From positions 1 through 64,000 of the forward strand of contig JBGFRI010000005.1 of NCBI GenBank assembly GCA_041695225.1: a stretch of DNA of 64,000 nucleotides, read 5' to 3'. The translations under genes and the position numbers were made by a program. Of the stretch, positions 10,883 to 21,804 are shown piece after piece. This DNA comes from Deinococcota bacterium. GTDB taxonomy: Bacteria > Deinococcota > Deinococci > Deinococcales > Thermaceae. The notes beneath the pieces are model-generated. The model saw nothing but the letters and a program-made list of their open reading frames with translations, made no database searches and had not been told where the DNA came from. Each line of letters starts with the position of its first letter. Within the stretch, counting starts at the first letter, position 1.

Positions 10883-11815
10883 TCAGACCAACTTCTTGCG
10901 CAGGAAGACGCTTGCGGCCTCTCTGGCAAAGCCCAGTAATTCGTTGATAGCCAGCATAGGCTGGTTGGCCTGGTGGTTGCTGGTGCGGACATAGCGGGCG
11001 CCGTATGCCCTGGCAAACTCCGCTGCTCGCAGCTTGAGCGCCAGCGCAATTCCTTTGCGGCGGTGGCCCGGCAGAACCCCGGTTAGCCCGGTTTGCAGGG
11101 TCTGGGGGCGGCTAGATTTGAACAGCATGGTCAGTCCCACCATTTTGCTATCTTCCAGCGCCACAAAGTAACCCTCGGGCAGCAAGCTGGGGTCTTGTAC
11201 GTGGCGCTGTTGCCAGACCTCAAACTCCCAGGGTACCAGCGGCTCGCTAAAGGGCACATCGCGCAGCAGTTCGAGCTCGAGGTCGTACCAGGCCCGCTGA
11301 AATGCTTCCTGGGTATAGGGCAGTTCGCTCAAAGGTTTAAGCTCGATGCCCCTGGCCAGTGGGCGGCTGAGTGGGGCCGGGTCGAAGTCTGCCAGGTCCA
11401 GCACCGAGACCCACCTGCGGTCTACCTCGACAAAGCCCTGGCTCAGATAAAAACCATACTCGGCCCGGTTCTCGCGGGCCTGGGCCTGTAGCTCTTTGGG
11501 CTGTAACCGGGAGACTTGCTCCATCAAATAGGCCCAGATCGCCGGAATAATGGCCTCGAGTCCGGCTTGCACACCGTAGCGCACTTCGTAGGCATGGGCC
11601 TTGGGAGCGTTGCGCGGGCTTTCGTACTCCATCACCCCCACTACCTGCCCCTCCAGTTCAACCATAAACCTTCCCAGCGCTTCGTCCCTGGCCCGGGTCT
11701 TGTCCAGGTGCTGCACCCCGCCCACCGACCACAAGGCCTCTAGGTGGGCCTGGTTGAACACCTCTACATACGCCCGGTAGTCGGCCTCGGAAAAGTCGAA
11801 GGGGCGGAACCTCAT
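10883..11815 (-). CDS. Tandem-domain GNAT N-acetyltransferase
   Basis: TGVLPGHRRKGIA and NQPMLAINELLGF; N-terminal domain looks degenerate. Confidence 0.85.
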   Translation of the reverse strand: MRFRPFDFSEADYRAYVEVFNQAHLEALWSVGGVQHLDKTRARDEALGRFMVELEGQVVGVMEYESPRNAPKAHAYEVRYGVQAGLEAIIPAIWAYLMEQVSRLQPKELQAQARENRAEYGFYLSQGFVEVDRRWVSVLDLADFDPAPLSRPLARGIELKPLSELPYTQEAFQRAWYDLELELLRDVPFSEPLVPWEFEVWQQRHVQDPSLLPEGYFVALEDSKMVGLTMLFKSSRPQTLQTGLTGVLPGHRRKGIALALKLRAAEFARAYGARYVRTSNHQANQPMLAINELLGFAREAASVFLRKKLV

Positions 11816-12138
11816 AACAACTCTCCCCTGGGGGTAAATGGGGTAGCGTTCTCGCGGGCAGACTGCCAGACCCTGCGCAGTACCTCCGAGCCTTTGGAGT
11901 GCAGGCCCAGGTGACCATTGGCGCGGCCCCCTTCCTGGTACACCTCGAGCCGTTTCTTGACGGACTGGTGTCGCGGGGGCTTGCGGCCCATGCGGTGGGC
12001 GAAATACTCGCGAGTATCAGCTTCGTCCCAGAGCCGGCCGGAGCTGGTCGGCTTCGGCTCCGGGACGAACCAGGCTGCGGCCTCGGAATCGGAAGAGGGT
12101 GCCTGTAGGGCTTGCAGATGGGGATGGTGGACAGACAT
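11812..12138 (-). CDS. Small hypothetical protein leading the GNAT operon
   Basis: GAGG RBS before MSVHH; ATGA 4-nt overlap with the first GNAT. Confidence 0.55.
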   Translation of the reverse strand: MSVHHPHLQALQAPSSDSEAAAWFVPEPKPTSSGRLWDEADTREYFAHRMGRKPPRHQSVKKRLEVYQEGGRANGHLGLHSKGSEVLRRVWQSARENATPFTPRGELL

Positions 12139-12576
12139 TGGAACCTCAGAAATACCCGCAAAGGGGAGCCTGGGATCGGGAACGCGGTTGTACAGGTTTT
12201 TGGAAAACTCCCATCGCACATTCCTTGCACAAGCTAACAAAAGAGCTGGGGGCCTTTGGTTCGCCCCCAGCCCGGATATACGTTGGCACTTTATGGCATT
12301 AACGTAACGGTATGGCGGCAAACCACCGATGCGACTCCAGGGGCGGGCAGAAAGTGGGAGATCATCATGGGTTCACCTCCTTTACAGCGGACACTTCAAC
12401 TCGCAAAGTTTAACATATCTGTGGTCGGCCTCGCAAGAAGGGGCCGTTTCTAAGGGCGGATCGCGGCCTAGCCGAACAGAGACCGGGTGTATTCCTGCAA
12501 ACCGGACGACTAAAAGGGCAAAACCGTACTGGCCTCATTACGCTCCACACGGCTTTTTGCGCTATGATAGGGTTCA

Positions 12577-13296
12577 ATGGTCGAATTTTCACGAGATTTG
12601 CTGGGGCTAGAAGAGCGCATCGTCATGGTAACGGGAGCCGGACGGGGCTTTGGGCGCTCGGTGGCTCACTCCTATGCCCGTAATGGGGCCACGGTGATAA
12701 CCGTTGACCCCGATGTCGAGATGGCTACCGCAGTAGCCTCCGAGGTGGAGCAGCTTGGCGCTACTGCCATTCCTATCCGGGGTGACATGTCGCTAGTGCT
12801 GGACGTGGTGAACACTTTCGAGAAGATCGAAGAGCTATTCGGGATGCTCGACGGAATTGTACACGTCACCAGCGCCGAGAGTAAAACCCCCTTTGTTGAG
12901 CTTCAGGAGGGAGAGTGGTACGACCTGCTCAACGCCGATGTGAAGTCCAGCCTGTACGTGTTGCAGCAGGGCTTGCGCTACCTGAGCGGGGGAGGCTTTG
13001 TGACCCTGGTGCTGCCGCCCTTGCAGCGCGACCAGCCGCATGTGGCCTCGATTCGTGGGGCGGTGGCGGGTCTGATTGAGGGTGCGACCCGCATCTTCCC
13101 CACCAATGTGCGGGTCAATGGGGTCATCCCCAGCCGCGATCCGGCGGGCGAGGAGCACGACCGGCCCCTGGTGCGGGTGGTAGTGGCCCTTGGCTCAATG
13201 GTCTCGGAGGGGGTGCGGGGGCAGCTACTCGAGGTTCTGCTCCCCGAGCCACCGCACCACCCGGAAATTTACAACATCTTGAGGGAGTTGCCATAA
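12577..13296 (+). CDS. SDR family oxidoreductase (atypical)
   Basis: TGAGRGFG Rossmann motif and NVRVNGV; no YxxxK. Confidence 0.8.
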   Translation: MVEFSRDLLGLEERIVMVTGAGRGFGRSVAHSYARNGATVITVDPDVEMATAVASEVEQLGATAIPIRGDMSLVLDVVNTFEKIEELFGMLDGIVHVTSAESKTPFVELQEGEWYDLLNADVKSSLYVLQQGLRYLSGGGFVTLVLPPLQRDQPHVASIRGAVAGLIEGATRIFPTNVRVNGVIPSRDPAGEEHDRPLVRVVVALGSMVSEGVRGQLLEVLLPEPPHHPEIYNILRELP

Positions 13297-13304
13297 AGGA
13301 GGGC

Positions 13305-13407
13305 TGTCGCAGGTCTCATGTCTCATGTCAAAACCGACCTGTGACCTGCGACCTGTGACTTTTTTATGAAGCGACCTGCGACCTGTGACCTGTGACTTTT
13401 TTATGAA
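13305..13407. repeat. Heptamer repeats (GACCTGY) with a duplicated block ending TTTTTTATGAA
   Basis: Two near-identical ~35-nt blocks; the second contains the nrdR ATG. Confidence 0.85.
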
Positions 13408-13927
13408 CTGCCCCTTTTGCACACACCCCGACAGCCGTGTACTGGACTCTCGTCCCTCCGACGAGGGCTCGGTGATTCGCCGCCGCCGGGAGTGCCCCGC
13501 CTGCAAGCGTCGCTTTACCACCTACGAGCGTGCCCAGGTAGAGCCCCTGCTGGTAATCAAGCGTTCGGGGCGCAAGGAGACTTTTGACCCCAACAAACTC
13601 CTGCGTGGCCTGAGCCTGGCGGCTCAGAAACGCCCGATTGACCCCGAGGTACTGCAAAATTTTGCCTTTGGTTTCGAGGACTCGATCAAGGAAATGGAGA
13701 TCACCTCCGAGGAAATCGGGCTGCGTTCGCTGGCTTTTTTGAAAGACCTCGACCCGGTGGCCTATATCCGTTTTGCCTCGGTCTACCGAGAGTTTGATAG
13801 CCTGGAAAATTTCATTGAAGAGGTACGCAAGCTAGACTACAAGCCTGGTAAAGGCAAAAGGGCTCAAAAGACAGAGGAAGACGGTGAACTCAGCCTGGCC
13901 GAAGAGGCCAGGCTGGGCACGGTCTGA
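13403..13927 (+). CDS. nrdR: Transcriptional repressor NrdR
   Basis: MNCPFC...IRRRRECPACKRRFTTYE zinc ribbon, ATP-cone, VAYIRFASVY. Confidence 0.96.
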   Translation: MNCPFCTHPDSRVLDSRPSDEGSVIRRRRECPACKRRFTTYERAQVEPLLVIKRSGRKETFDPNKLLRGLSLAAQKRPIDPEVLQNFAFGFEDSIKEMEITSEEIGLRSLAFLKDLDPVAYIRFASVYREFDSLENFIEEVRKLDYKPGKGKRAQKTEEDGELSLAEEARLGTV

Positions 13928-14064
13928 CCCAAACCCGGCGCATTCGTGGCGCCGGGCTATGGATTAGGTGCGCACCCCTGAAGGGATGGGATATGATTCT
14001 GGCAGTCGGTGCGCGGCAGACCCGCGACCATTTCCAACCTGTACAGGCCGGAGGAAAGTTGACA

Positions 14065-15429
14065 ATGGCAAACCAGTTCGACGCAAACCGCCCCCTGAGG
14101 GTAGCCGTGATCGGTTCGGGGCCTTCGGGCATCTACGCTGCTGAAGCCCTGATAAAACAGAGCGAGACTGTAGTCCTGGTGGACTTATTTGACCGACTAC
14201 CCACCCCCTTTGGCCTGGTGCGCTATGGGGTGGCCCCCGACCACCAGACCATCAAGTCGGTTACCAAGGTCATGCAGAAGGTGCTGCAAGACCCACGGGT
14301 GCGGTTTTTGGGGAATGTGGAGTATGGCCGCGACCTCACCCACGCCGACCTTCGCCGCTACTACGATGCCGTGGTCTACACCGTGGGAGCCTCGAGCGAC
14401 CGTAGCCTGGGCATCCCCGGCGAAGACCTGCCCGGCAGCCTCTCGGCCACCGAGTTTGTGGCCTGGTACAACGGCCACCCCGATTACGAAACCCACCAGA
14501 TGAACCTCGATATGCGCGGGGTAGCGGTGGTGGGGGTGGGCAACGTGGCAGTGGATGTTACCCGGGTCCTGGCAAAATCGGCGGAGGAGCTAAGCCAGAC
14601 CGACATTGCCGACCATGCCCTGCCGGTATTGGCCAAAAGCCAGGTGACTGATATTTACATGCTGGGCCGCCGCGGCCCGGCCCAGGCCAAGTTCACCACC
14701 AAGGAACTGCGCGAGCTGGGCGAGCTGCAAAATGCCGATATTGTAGTCAGGCCCCAGGAGCTAGAGCTCGACCAGCGGAGTGCGGCCTCGATTGCCAACG
14801 ACCCGGCCATGCTCAAAAACCTGGAAATTCTGCGGGCCTTCGCCGCCAAACCTCTGGAGGGCAAGCCGCGCCGGGTGCATATTCGGTTTCTGGTCTCGCC
14901 GGTGGCGATTCTGGGTGAGGGTCGGGTGCAAAAGATCCGCCTCGAGCGTAACCGCCTCGACGAAAACCTGAACGCGGTGGGCACCGGCGAGTTCGAAGAA
15001 CTGGAGGTGGGCCTGGTACTGCGCTCGGTGGGCTACAAGGGCCTCCCCCTGCCCGAGGTGCCTTTCGACAGCCGTAAAGGGGTGATCCCCAACCAGGCCG
15101 GGCGGGTAATTCAGGACGGCCAGGTGGTCTGTGGCCAGTATGCCGCAGGCTGGATCAAACGCGGCCCCAGCGGGGTGATCGGCACCAACAAGGCCGATGC
15201 CGTCGAGACCGTAAGGCTGCTGCTCCAGGACGCCCCCAGCCTACCCTTGGCCCCCGAACCCGACCCGCAAGCCGTAACTCGCCTACTGCAGGCGCGGGGG
15301 GCGAGGGTGGTTAGCTTTACAGACTGGCTCAGGCTGGACCAGCTCGAGTGCGAGCTGGGCCAGGCCCAGGGGCGACCGCGGGTCAAAGTTACCAGTATAG
15401 AGAAGATGCTCGAGTTGGCCAGGGGATAA
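14065..15429 (+). CDS. Ferredoxin-NADP+ reductase (adrenodoxin reductase/FprA-like)
   Basis: IGSGPSG, GLVRYGVAPDH, GVGNVAVDV, GWIKRGPSGVIGTN. Confidence 0.9.
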   Translation: MANQFDANRPLRVAVIGSGPSGIYAAEALIKQSETVVLVDLFDRLPTPFGLVRYGVAPDHQTIKSVTKVMQKVLQDPRVRFLGNVEYGRDLTHADLRRYYDAVVYTVGASSDRSLGIPGEDLPGSLSATEFVAWYNGHPDYETHQMNLDMRGVAVVGVGNVAVDVTRVLAKSAEELSQTDIADHALPVLAKSQVTDIYMLGRRGPAQAKFTTKELRELGELQNADIVVRPQELELDQRSAASIANDPAMLKNLEILRAFAAKPLEGKPRRVHIRFLVSPVAILGEGRVQKIRLERNRLDENLNAVGTGEFEELEVGLVLRSVGYKGLPLPEVPFDSRKGVIPNQAGRVIQDGQVVCGQYAAGWIKRGPSGVIGTNKADAVETVRLLLQDAPSLPLAPEPDPQAVTRLLQARGARVVSFTDWLRLDQLECELGQAQGRPRVKVTSIEKMLELARG

Positions 15430-15465
15430 GAGCCTGCTACAGACTGGGTAACGGACTGGCCGAGG

Positions 15466-15584
15466 CTTGTCCTGAGCCTTGCCCTGCCTGCCCTGAGCAG
15501 GGTCGAAGGGAGCCCGTCGAAGGAGCCTGCCCTGAGCCCGTCGAAGGAGCCTGCCCTGAGCCCGTCGAAGGGGCAGTCGAAGGA
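15466..15584 (+). repeat. Five nested/tandem 23-24-bp CCTGAGC...GTCGAAGG units
   Basis: Outer unit split 15466-15477/15573-15584; inner unit split 15478-15486/15511-15524; intact units 15487-15510, 15525-15548, 15549-15572. Confidence 0.85.
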
Positions 15585-15655
15585 ATGGGGGTGATTAATC
15601 TATCTTCCTCCCGTCGCTTGCAGGAATTATCCCCTTCGACTCTAGCCCCAGCCAG

Positions 15656-15712
15656 GTTTCGCCTTCGGCTCGCACCCCCACCTAACCTCCCCCACAAAGG
15701 GCGAGGAACTAC
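15656..15712. repeat. REP-like GC hairpin repeat
   Basis: Similar copy at 52411-52468; companion motif GGGGTCTCGGCGCCAGCCG at about 15845 and 52369. Confidence 0.75.
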
Positions 15713-15923
15713 TCAGCCGAGTTTTTTCAGTCACACAGTCTGGTCATGTAAAGAATTCCGGCAACTCCCTCCCAATCTCCGGAAGGCCAGGGGGTTCTGG
15801 GCAGTTAGAAAATGAGTCTAAATCGCTTCCCCCTGTAGAGGAGGGGGTCTCGGCGCCAGCCGAGTTCTTAGGGTACTATCGCAACTGTAAGCTAAAGACC
15901 GGTACAAGGCTGCGACGAGAGTT

Positions 15924-16535
15924 ATGAGCGATTCGAGCTGGCTGGCGCTGGGACTGGGTGCTCTCAGTCTGCTGGGGTTGCTGTGGGCCGAGTGGCATGG
16001 CCGTCGCAGGGCTCGAGCAGTCTTCAAGACCCTCTGCTCGCTGGGATTTTTGCTATTTGCCCTTAGCTTTGGCCTGGACAGCTTTTTTGCACAGCTTATA
16101 TTCGCCGGGCTCTTGCTTTCGGCTCTGGGCGACGTGCTTCTGCTCTTTCGCTCTAACCGGGCCTTTCTGGCTGGCCTGGTGGCTTTCTTGCTGGCCCACA
16201 TCATCTATCTACTGGCGTTTTTGCAGGTAGGCACACCAGACCTGTGGGCTCTGGTTCTGGTGCTGGGCGCAGGGTATTTCTGGTTACGCTGGCTGTGGCC
16301 CTATCTGGGAGGCTGGAAGGCCCCAGTGCTGTGCTATGGAGGGGTGATTAGCCTGATGCTCTGGGCCGGTCTGGGTGTACAGCGTAGCGAGATCTGGCTG
16401 GGGGCGGTGTTGTTTTATCTGTCCGACCTGTTTGTGGCCCGCCAGCGCTTTGTGGTACAGGCCCCACTCAACGCCCTGCTGGGCCTGCCGTTGTACTTCG
16501 CCGCCCAGTACCTGCTGGCCTCGTCCCTGCGGTAA
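15924..16535 (+). CDS. YhhN/lysoplasmalogenase family membrane protein
   Basis: GLLLSALGDVLL, FLAGLVAFLLAH, LFYLSD, LYFAAQ motifs. Confidence 0.88.
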   Translation: MSDSSWLALGLGALSLLGLLWAEWHGRRRARAVFKTLCSLGFLLFALSFGLDSFFAQLIFAGLLLSALGDVLLLFRSNRAFLAGLVAFLLAHIIYLLAFLQVGTPDLWALVLVLGAGYFWLRWLWPYLGGWKAPVLCYGGVISLMLWAGLGVQRSEIWLGAVLFYLSDLFVARQRFVVQAPLNALLGLPLYFAAQYLLASSLR

Positions 16536-16819
16536 GCGCAGACCGTCTTTCTGGCGTAGATTGCAGCGCAAAACCCAGCGATTGTAAGCAGAACCTTTGC
16601 CAAACTCATCGCGTCTGCAATCCGATCCGGCAGCGCCACCCCCAGTCAGACACTGGTGCAAGCAATCCTGACCTGTGCTTTACGGCGCCAGTGTATTTGT
16701 GCCGCTTCTATCGGGAAACCCCGTGCTGACCGTCAAGCTTTCTGCAAAACTTCGCGAATGCGCCAGAAGGCCAGGTAAAGTAGGTTACTCGCACAGCGAG
16801 TATGCGCTACGCGCACCCC

Positions 16820-17245
16820 CTAGTGGTGGGCCTCGTGGACCAAGAAGAGCTCGAGCCAGTCCCGCAGGGGCATGGGTCCGGCTGCGCTGTGGATGCCAAC
16901 CCGGTCTAACTGGGCCTCGCTCAGAGCCGCGACCTGCTGGTTGAGCTGGGCGCGCAGACGTTTAAGTTCGCCTAACACCGACTCGGGCGGTTGCTCTACC
17001 AGCATCAGAAAGGCCGGTTCGGTATCGGGCCGGAGGCGCTGGATCTGGGGGGAGTCTTCGCTCAGGATGCGGCGCATGCGCTCCTGGGTGACCGTGGTGA
17101 AATGGGCCAGGTGAGCAAAGTTCTCGTGGGCCGACCATTTTTCTGGCAGGCTGCGGCGGCGAAGCTGCGCGGGAGTGGCCCGGCCCAGTACCTGTGGAAG
17201 CCCCGCTAGCGAGAGCTTTAGCCGGGTTTGGAGCAGGTTTGACAT
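16820..17245 (-). CDS. DinB family protein (possibly C-terminally clipped)
   Basis: KWSAHENFAHL and HEAHH metal-ligand motifs; stop directly after HH. Confidence 0.75.
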   Translation of the reverse strand: MSNLLQTRLKLSLAGLPQVLGRATPAQLRRRSLPEKWSAHENFAHLAHFTTVTQERMRRILSEDSPQIQRLRPDTEPAFLMLVEQPPESVLGELKRLRAQLNQQVAALSEAQLDRVGIHSAAGPMPLRDWLELFLVHEAHH

Positions 17246-17292
17246 ACCTCCAGTCTACAACCGGGTATGCACCCACTTTCTACGGGGTAGTT

Positions 17293-18450
17293 ATGGCTAT
17301 CCTGGACAGTGTGGAAGTTCTGGCGCTGGTCTATCGCAACCTGCGGGCACGGCCTGTCCGCAGTATCCTGACGCTGCTCGGCATTGTGGTCTCAACCGCT
17401 GCAATGGTGCTGTTTATGTCGTTTGGAGAAGGGCTGCGCAAAGCCCTGGGGGCCGAGCTGGCAAAGGTCGGGCCTGCCATTCTGGTGGTCACTGAGGGGG
17501 CCGAGGCCTTTAGCGCAGGCTTTCCCGAGCTGCGCCCCGAGGTAGTGCGCCAGATTGAGTCAGTAGCGCCAGAGCTGGGGATCGCCAGGGTCATTCCCAC
17601 CGCGGTTTTTGTGCGCGGAGGCTTTGACCCTGCCAGCAGCTTCTTTTTCCAGGGGCTGCCCCAGGGTGTGACTGCCAGGGACCTCTACCCCAGCCTGAGC
17701 CTGGCCTCGGGGGTCCTGGACCCAGGGCAGCGCGGGGCGGTGGTGGGGGGTAGTATTGCCGAACGCAACAACCTGGGTCTGGGCAAGAGCCTGCGGCTTT
17801 CGCCCCAGGTCTCGCTGGAGGTGGTGGGGGTGCTAGAGCGCACCGGCGGCATGGCCGATAGCTTCATTTTCGTGCCGCTGGAGGCCATCCATACCGTGCT
17901 GGGCACGCAGAACTATAGCTCGATAATGCTCTCCATTGACCCGGATCGCAAAGCCGAGGAGGTGGCCCAGGCCCTCCAAGCCCGCATTGCCGGCATTGAT
18001 GCCCAGACCGCCGGCGATGTGATGCGTTTTGCCGAGCGGGCGGTGCAGATTTCCGACCTGGTGCGGTTCGGCATCAGTCTGGTGGCCCTGATCGTGGGCG
18101 GTTTGCTGGTGGCCAACACGGTGATGATGTCGGTCTACGAGCGCATCCGCGAGTTTGGCCTGATGCGGGCCCTGGGGGCCAAGCGCAACTTCATCTTTGG
18201 TCTGGTGCTGCTGGAGGCCTTGCTGCTGGGGGTGGCGGGAGGGCTGCTGGGCCTGGCTGTGGGGCAGGCCGCCTCGGGGCTGGTCAACTGGTACACCGTA
18301 GATCGGGTGGGGGTAGAGCTCTCGGCGGTAACCTGGCGCCTGGCTGGGTTTGCCTTGCTGGTTGCGGTGGTGCTGGGGCTCCTGGCCGGGTTCTTGCCGG
18401 CCCGCACCGCCAGCCGGATCAAGGTAGTCGAGGCCCTGGGGAGAGTCTGA
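17293..18450 (+). CDS. ABC transporter permease (MacB/FtsX family)
   Basis: RSILTLLGIVV and SVYERIREFGLMRALGA motifs. Confidence 0.9.
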   Translation: MAILDSVEVLALVYRNLRARPVRSILTLLGIVVSTAAMVLFMSFGEGLRKALGAELAKVGPAILVVTEGAEAFSAGFPELRPEVVRQIESVAPELGIARVIPTAVFVRGGFDPASSFFFQGLPQGVTARDLYPSLSLASGVLDPGQRGAVVGGSIAERNNLGLGKSLRLSPQVSLEVVGVLERTGGMADSFIFVPLEAIHTVLGTQNYSSIMLSIDPDRKAEEVAQALQARIAGIDAQTAGDVMRFAERAVQISDLVRFGISLVALIVGGLLVANTVMMSVYERIREFGLMRALGAKRNFIFGLVLLEALLLGVAGGLLGLAVGQAASGLVNWYTVDRVGVELSAVTWRLAGFALLVAVVLGLLAGFLPARTASRIKVVEALGRV

Positions 18451-19152
18451 ATGCTAGAAGCCATCAACCTGCAAAAGCGCTATCACCAGGGCGAAATTGA
18501 CCTGGTAGCGGTGGATAATTTTACTTACCGTTTTCCCACGGGACTGACCGCGGTGGTGGGGCCGTCCGGCTCGGGCAAGACCACCCTGTTGAACCTGCTT
18601 GCGGGCTTCGACCTGCCCAGCCAGGGAGAGGTGCGCCTGAACGAGACCACCCTCTCGAGCCTGTCCGAAGACGCTCGTTCGGAGGTGCGCCTGAAGTACA
18701 TGGGGTTTGTATTTCAGCAGTGGAACCTGATACCCACCCTCACCGCGCTGGAAAACGTGGCCTTTCCCCTGATGCTGGCGGGCCATAGCTTCAAGGCGCG
18801 CACGGCCCGGGCGGCCGAACTGCTGGAAGCAGTGGGGCTGGCTCAACGCAGCAGCCACCTGCCCAGCAAACTTTCGGGTGGCGAGCAGCAGCGCGCAGCC
18901 CTGGCTCGAGCCCTGGCCCTGAACCCACCCATCCTGTTCGCCGACGAGCCCACCGGCAACCTGGACACCGCCTCGGGAGCCAGGGTGATAGAACTGCTCT
19001 TGCGCCAGGCCAAAGAAGGCCGCACGGTTATCCTGGTCACCCACAATCTGGAGCTGGCCCGCCAGGCCCAGCGCATCCTGCACCTGCGGGATGGGCGGCT
19101 GCTGGAGGTGGAGGTGATGCCCCAATTGGCCCCTGCTGCCCAGGCTTTTTGA
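18451..19152 (+). CDS. ABC transporter ATP-binding protein (LolD/MacB-like)
   Basis: [25 protein letters not shown]. Confidence 0.93.
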   Translation: MLEAINLQKRYHQGEIDLVAVDNFTYRFPTGLTAVVGPSGSGKTTLLNLLAGFDLPSQGEVRLNETTLSSLSEDARSEVRLKYMGFVFQQWNLIPTLTALENVAFPLMLAGHSFKARTARAAELLEAVGLAQRSSHLPSKLSGGEQQRAALARALALNPPILFADEPTGNLDTASGARVIELLLRQAKEGRTVILVTHNLELARQAQRILHLRDGRLLEVEVMPQLAPAAQAF

Positions 19153-19156
19153 CCAG

Positions 19157-19380
19157 TCGAGACCTCTTTTATGAAGCGTCTCAAGTCTCAGGTCTCAAGT
19201 CTCGGGTCTTTTTGGCTTGTGACCTGCGACCTGCGTCATTCAATGAGTCGATAGTCAATAGTCCATAGCCGATAGCCCATAGCTAATAGGTTTTGACCTG
19301 CTAGCCGAGACCATAGCCGATAGCTAATAGCTGATAGCCGGTAGCTTTTGACCTTCGACCTTCGACCTGCGACATTTTTG
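19157..19380. repeat. Mixed heptamer repeat cluster
   Basis: GTCTCAA/G, GACCTGC, TAGCCGA/TAGCTAA and GACCTTC runs back to back. Confidence 0.85.
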
Positions 19381-19381
19381 C

Positions 19382-19442
19382 ATGAAGCGTCAGCCCCCGC
19401 TTCATGCTCCGGGGTCCTTCGGGACGGATGGGCAACTCTTTA
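19382..19442. repeat. ~61-bp double-hairpin dispersed element
   Basis: Near-identical inverted copy at 34424-34485. Confidence 0.85.
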
Positions 19443-19709
19443 TAGTGGCTCTGAACATGGCGGAGGGTACCTTTGGCGGGCTAACCATCGAAATTTTCCG
19501 TTGGTATTGATGTAAATCAGCTAATTGCACAGTTCCGACAAATACCCCCGGCGTCTGCCGCAGGGAGTGCCAAACTGAAGACATAAACCCCCAGGCGTAG
19601 CCCATCGCGCGGAAGTAGCGCTCAGCATCATTCCCCTACAGGCTCGAATGTGTGACTTTAGCGAAGCAGTAGAATCGGCCTGAATGAGAGATTCCCGGGG
19701 GCGTTCAAG

Positions 19710-20255
19710 ATGACCACAAAACAAGCGGAAGAACTGATCAGGGTGTTGAAAACCCGCTTTGAACAGAACAAGCATCGGCACAGAGGGCTAAACTGGGCTG
19801 AAGTACAGCAAAAGCTGGAAGCCCAGCCCGGCAAACTGGCCTCGCTTTATCAGATGGAAAACACCGGCGGCGAGCCAGATGTGGTGGGCCACGACTCCCG
19901 GACCGGCGAATACCTGTTCTTTGACTGCTCGCCCGAAAGCCCCAAGGGCCGGCGCAGCCTCTGCTACGACCACGTAGCCCTCGAGTCCCGAAAGCAAAAT
20001 AAGCCGAGCAACTCTGCGCTGGATATGGCCGCAGAGATGGGTATCGAGATTCTGACCGAAGAACAGTATCGCGAGCTACAGAAACTTGGGAGTTTTGATA
20101 CCAAGACCTCGAGCTGGCTCAAAACCCCCCAGGAAATAAGAAAACTCGGGGGGGCCATCTTTGGCGACCGCCGCTACGACCACATCTTCATCTACCACAA
20201 CGGGGCAGACTCGTACTTTGCCGCTCGAGGGTTTCGCGGCTCGCTGAGGGTCTAG
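19710..20255 (+). CDS. DUF4256-like protein
   Basis: RFEQN.HRH, METGGEPD-like, ESPKGRRSLCYD, YHNGADSYFAARGFRG recalled family pattern. Confidence 0.8.
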   Translation: MTTKQAEELIRVLKTRFEQNKHRHRGLNWAEVQQKLEAQPGKLASLYQMENTGGEPDVVGHDSRTGEYLFFDCSPESPKGRRSLCYDHVALESRKQNKPSNSALDMAAEMGIEILTEEQYRELQKLGSFDTKTSSWLKTPQEIRKLGGAIFGDRRYDHIFIYHNGADSYFAARGFRGSLRV

Positions 20256-20354
20256 GCCGCCCGCAGACCGGTCTGCGTCCACAGCGTCGGCGCGTGCAAA
20301 TGGGCCGGGCTCGAGGCCTGGTAGGCTGGCAGTGCCCCTCAGGACGGGATGTAA

Positions 20355-21731
<1,377 letters not shown>

Positions 21732-21804
21732 TGTCGTGCGTTCCAGGTCGAAAGTCTGCTACCAGTGGCCCGAGACCTGAGACTTGCGACCCGAGACAAA
21801 ACCT

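Noticed and set aside
15466..15584. CRISPR-like 24-bp repeats, or a coding PEPVEG repeat protein (ORF 15348-15815)
   Set aside because: Units are adjacent or nested without spacers; the ORF is a by-product of the repeat and overlaps the reductase gene.
19402..19605. Paralogous small proteins ending KSCPSVPKDPGA (also 34264-34464)
   Set aside because: The shared end comes from the 61-bp DNA repeat; the rest of the two ORFs is unrelated.
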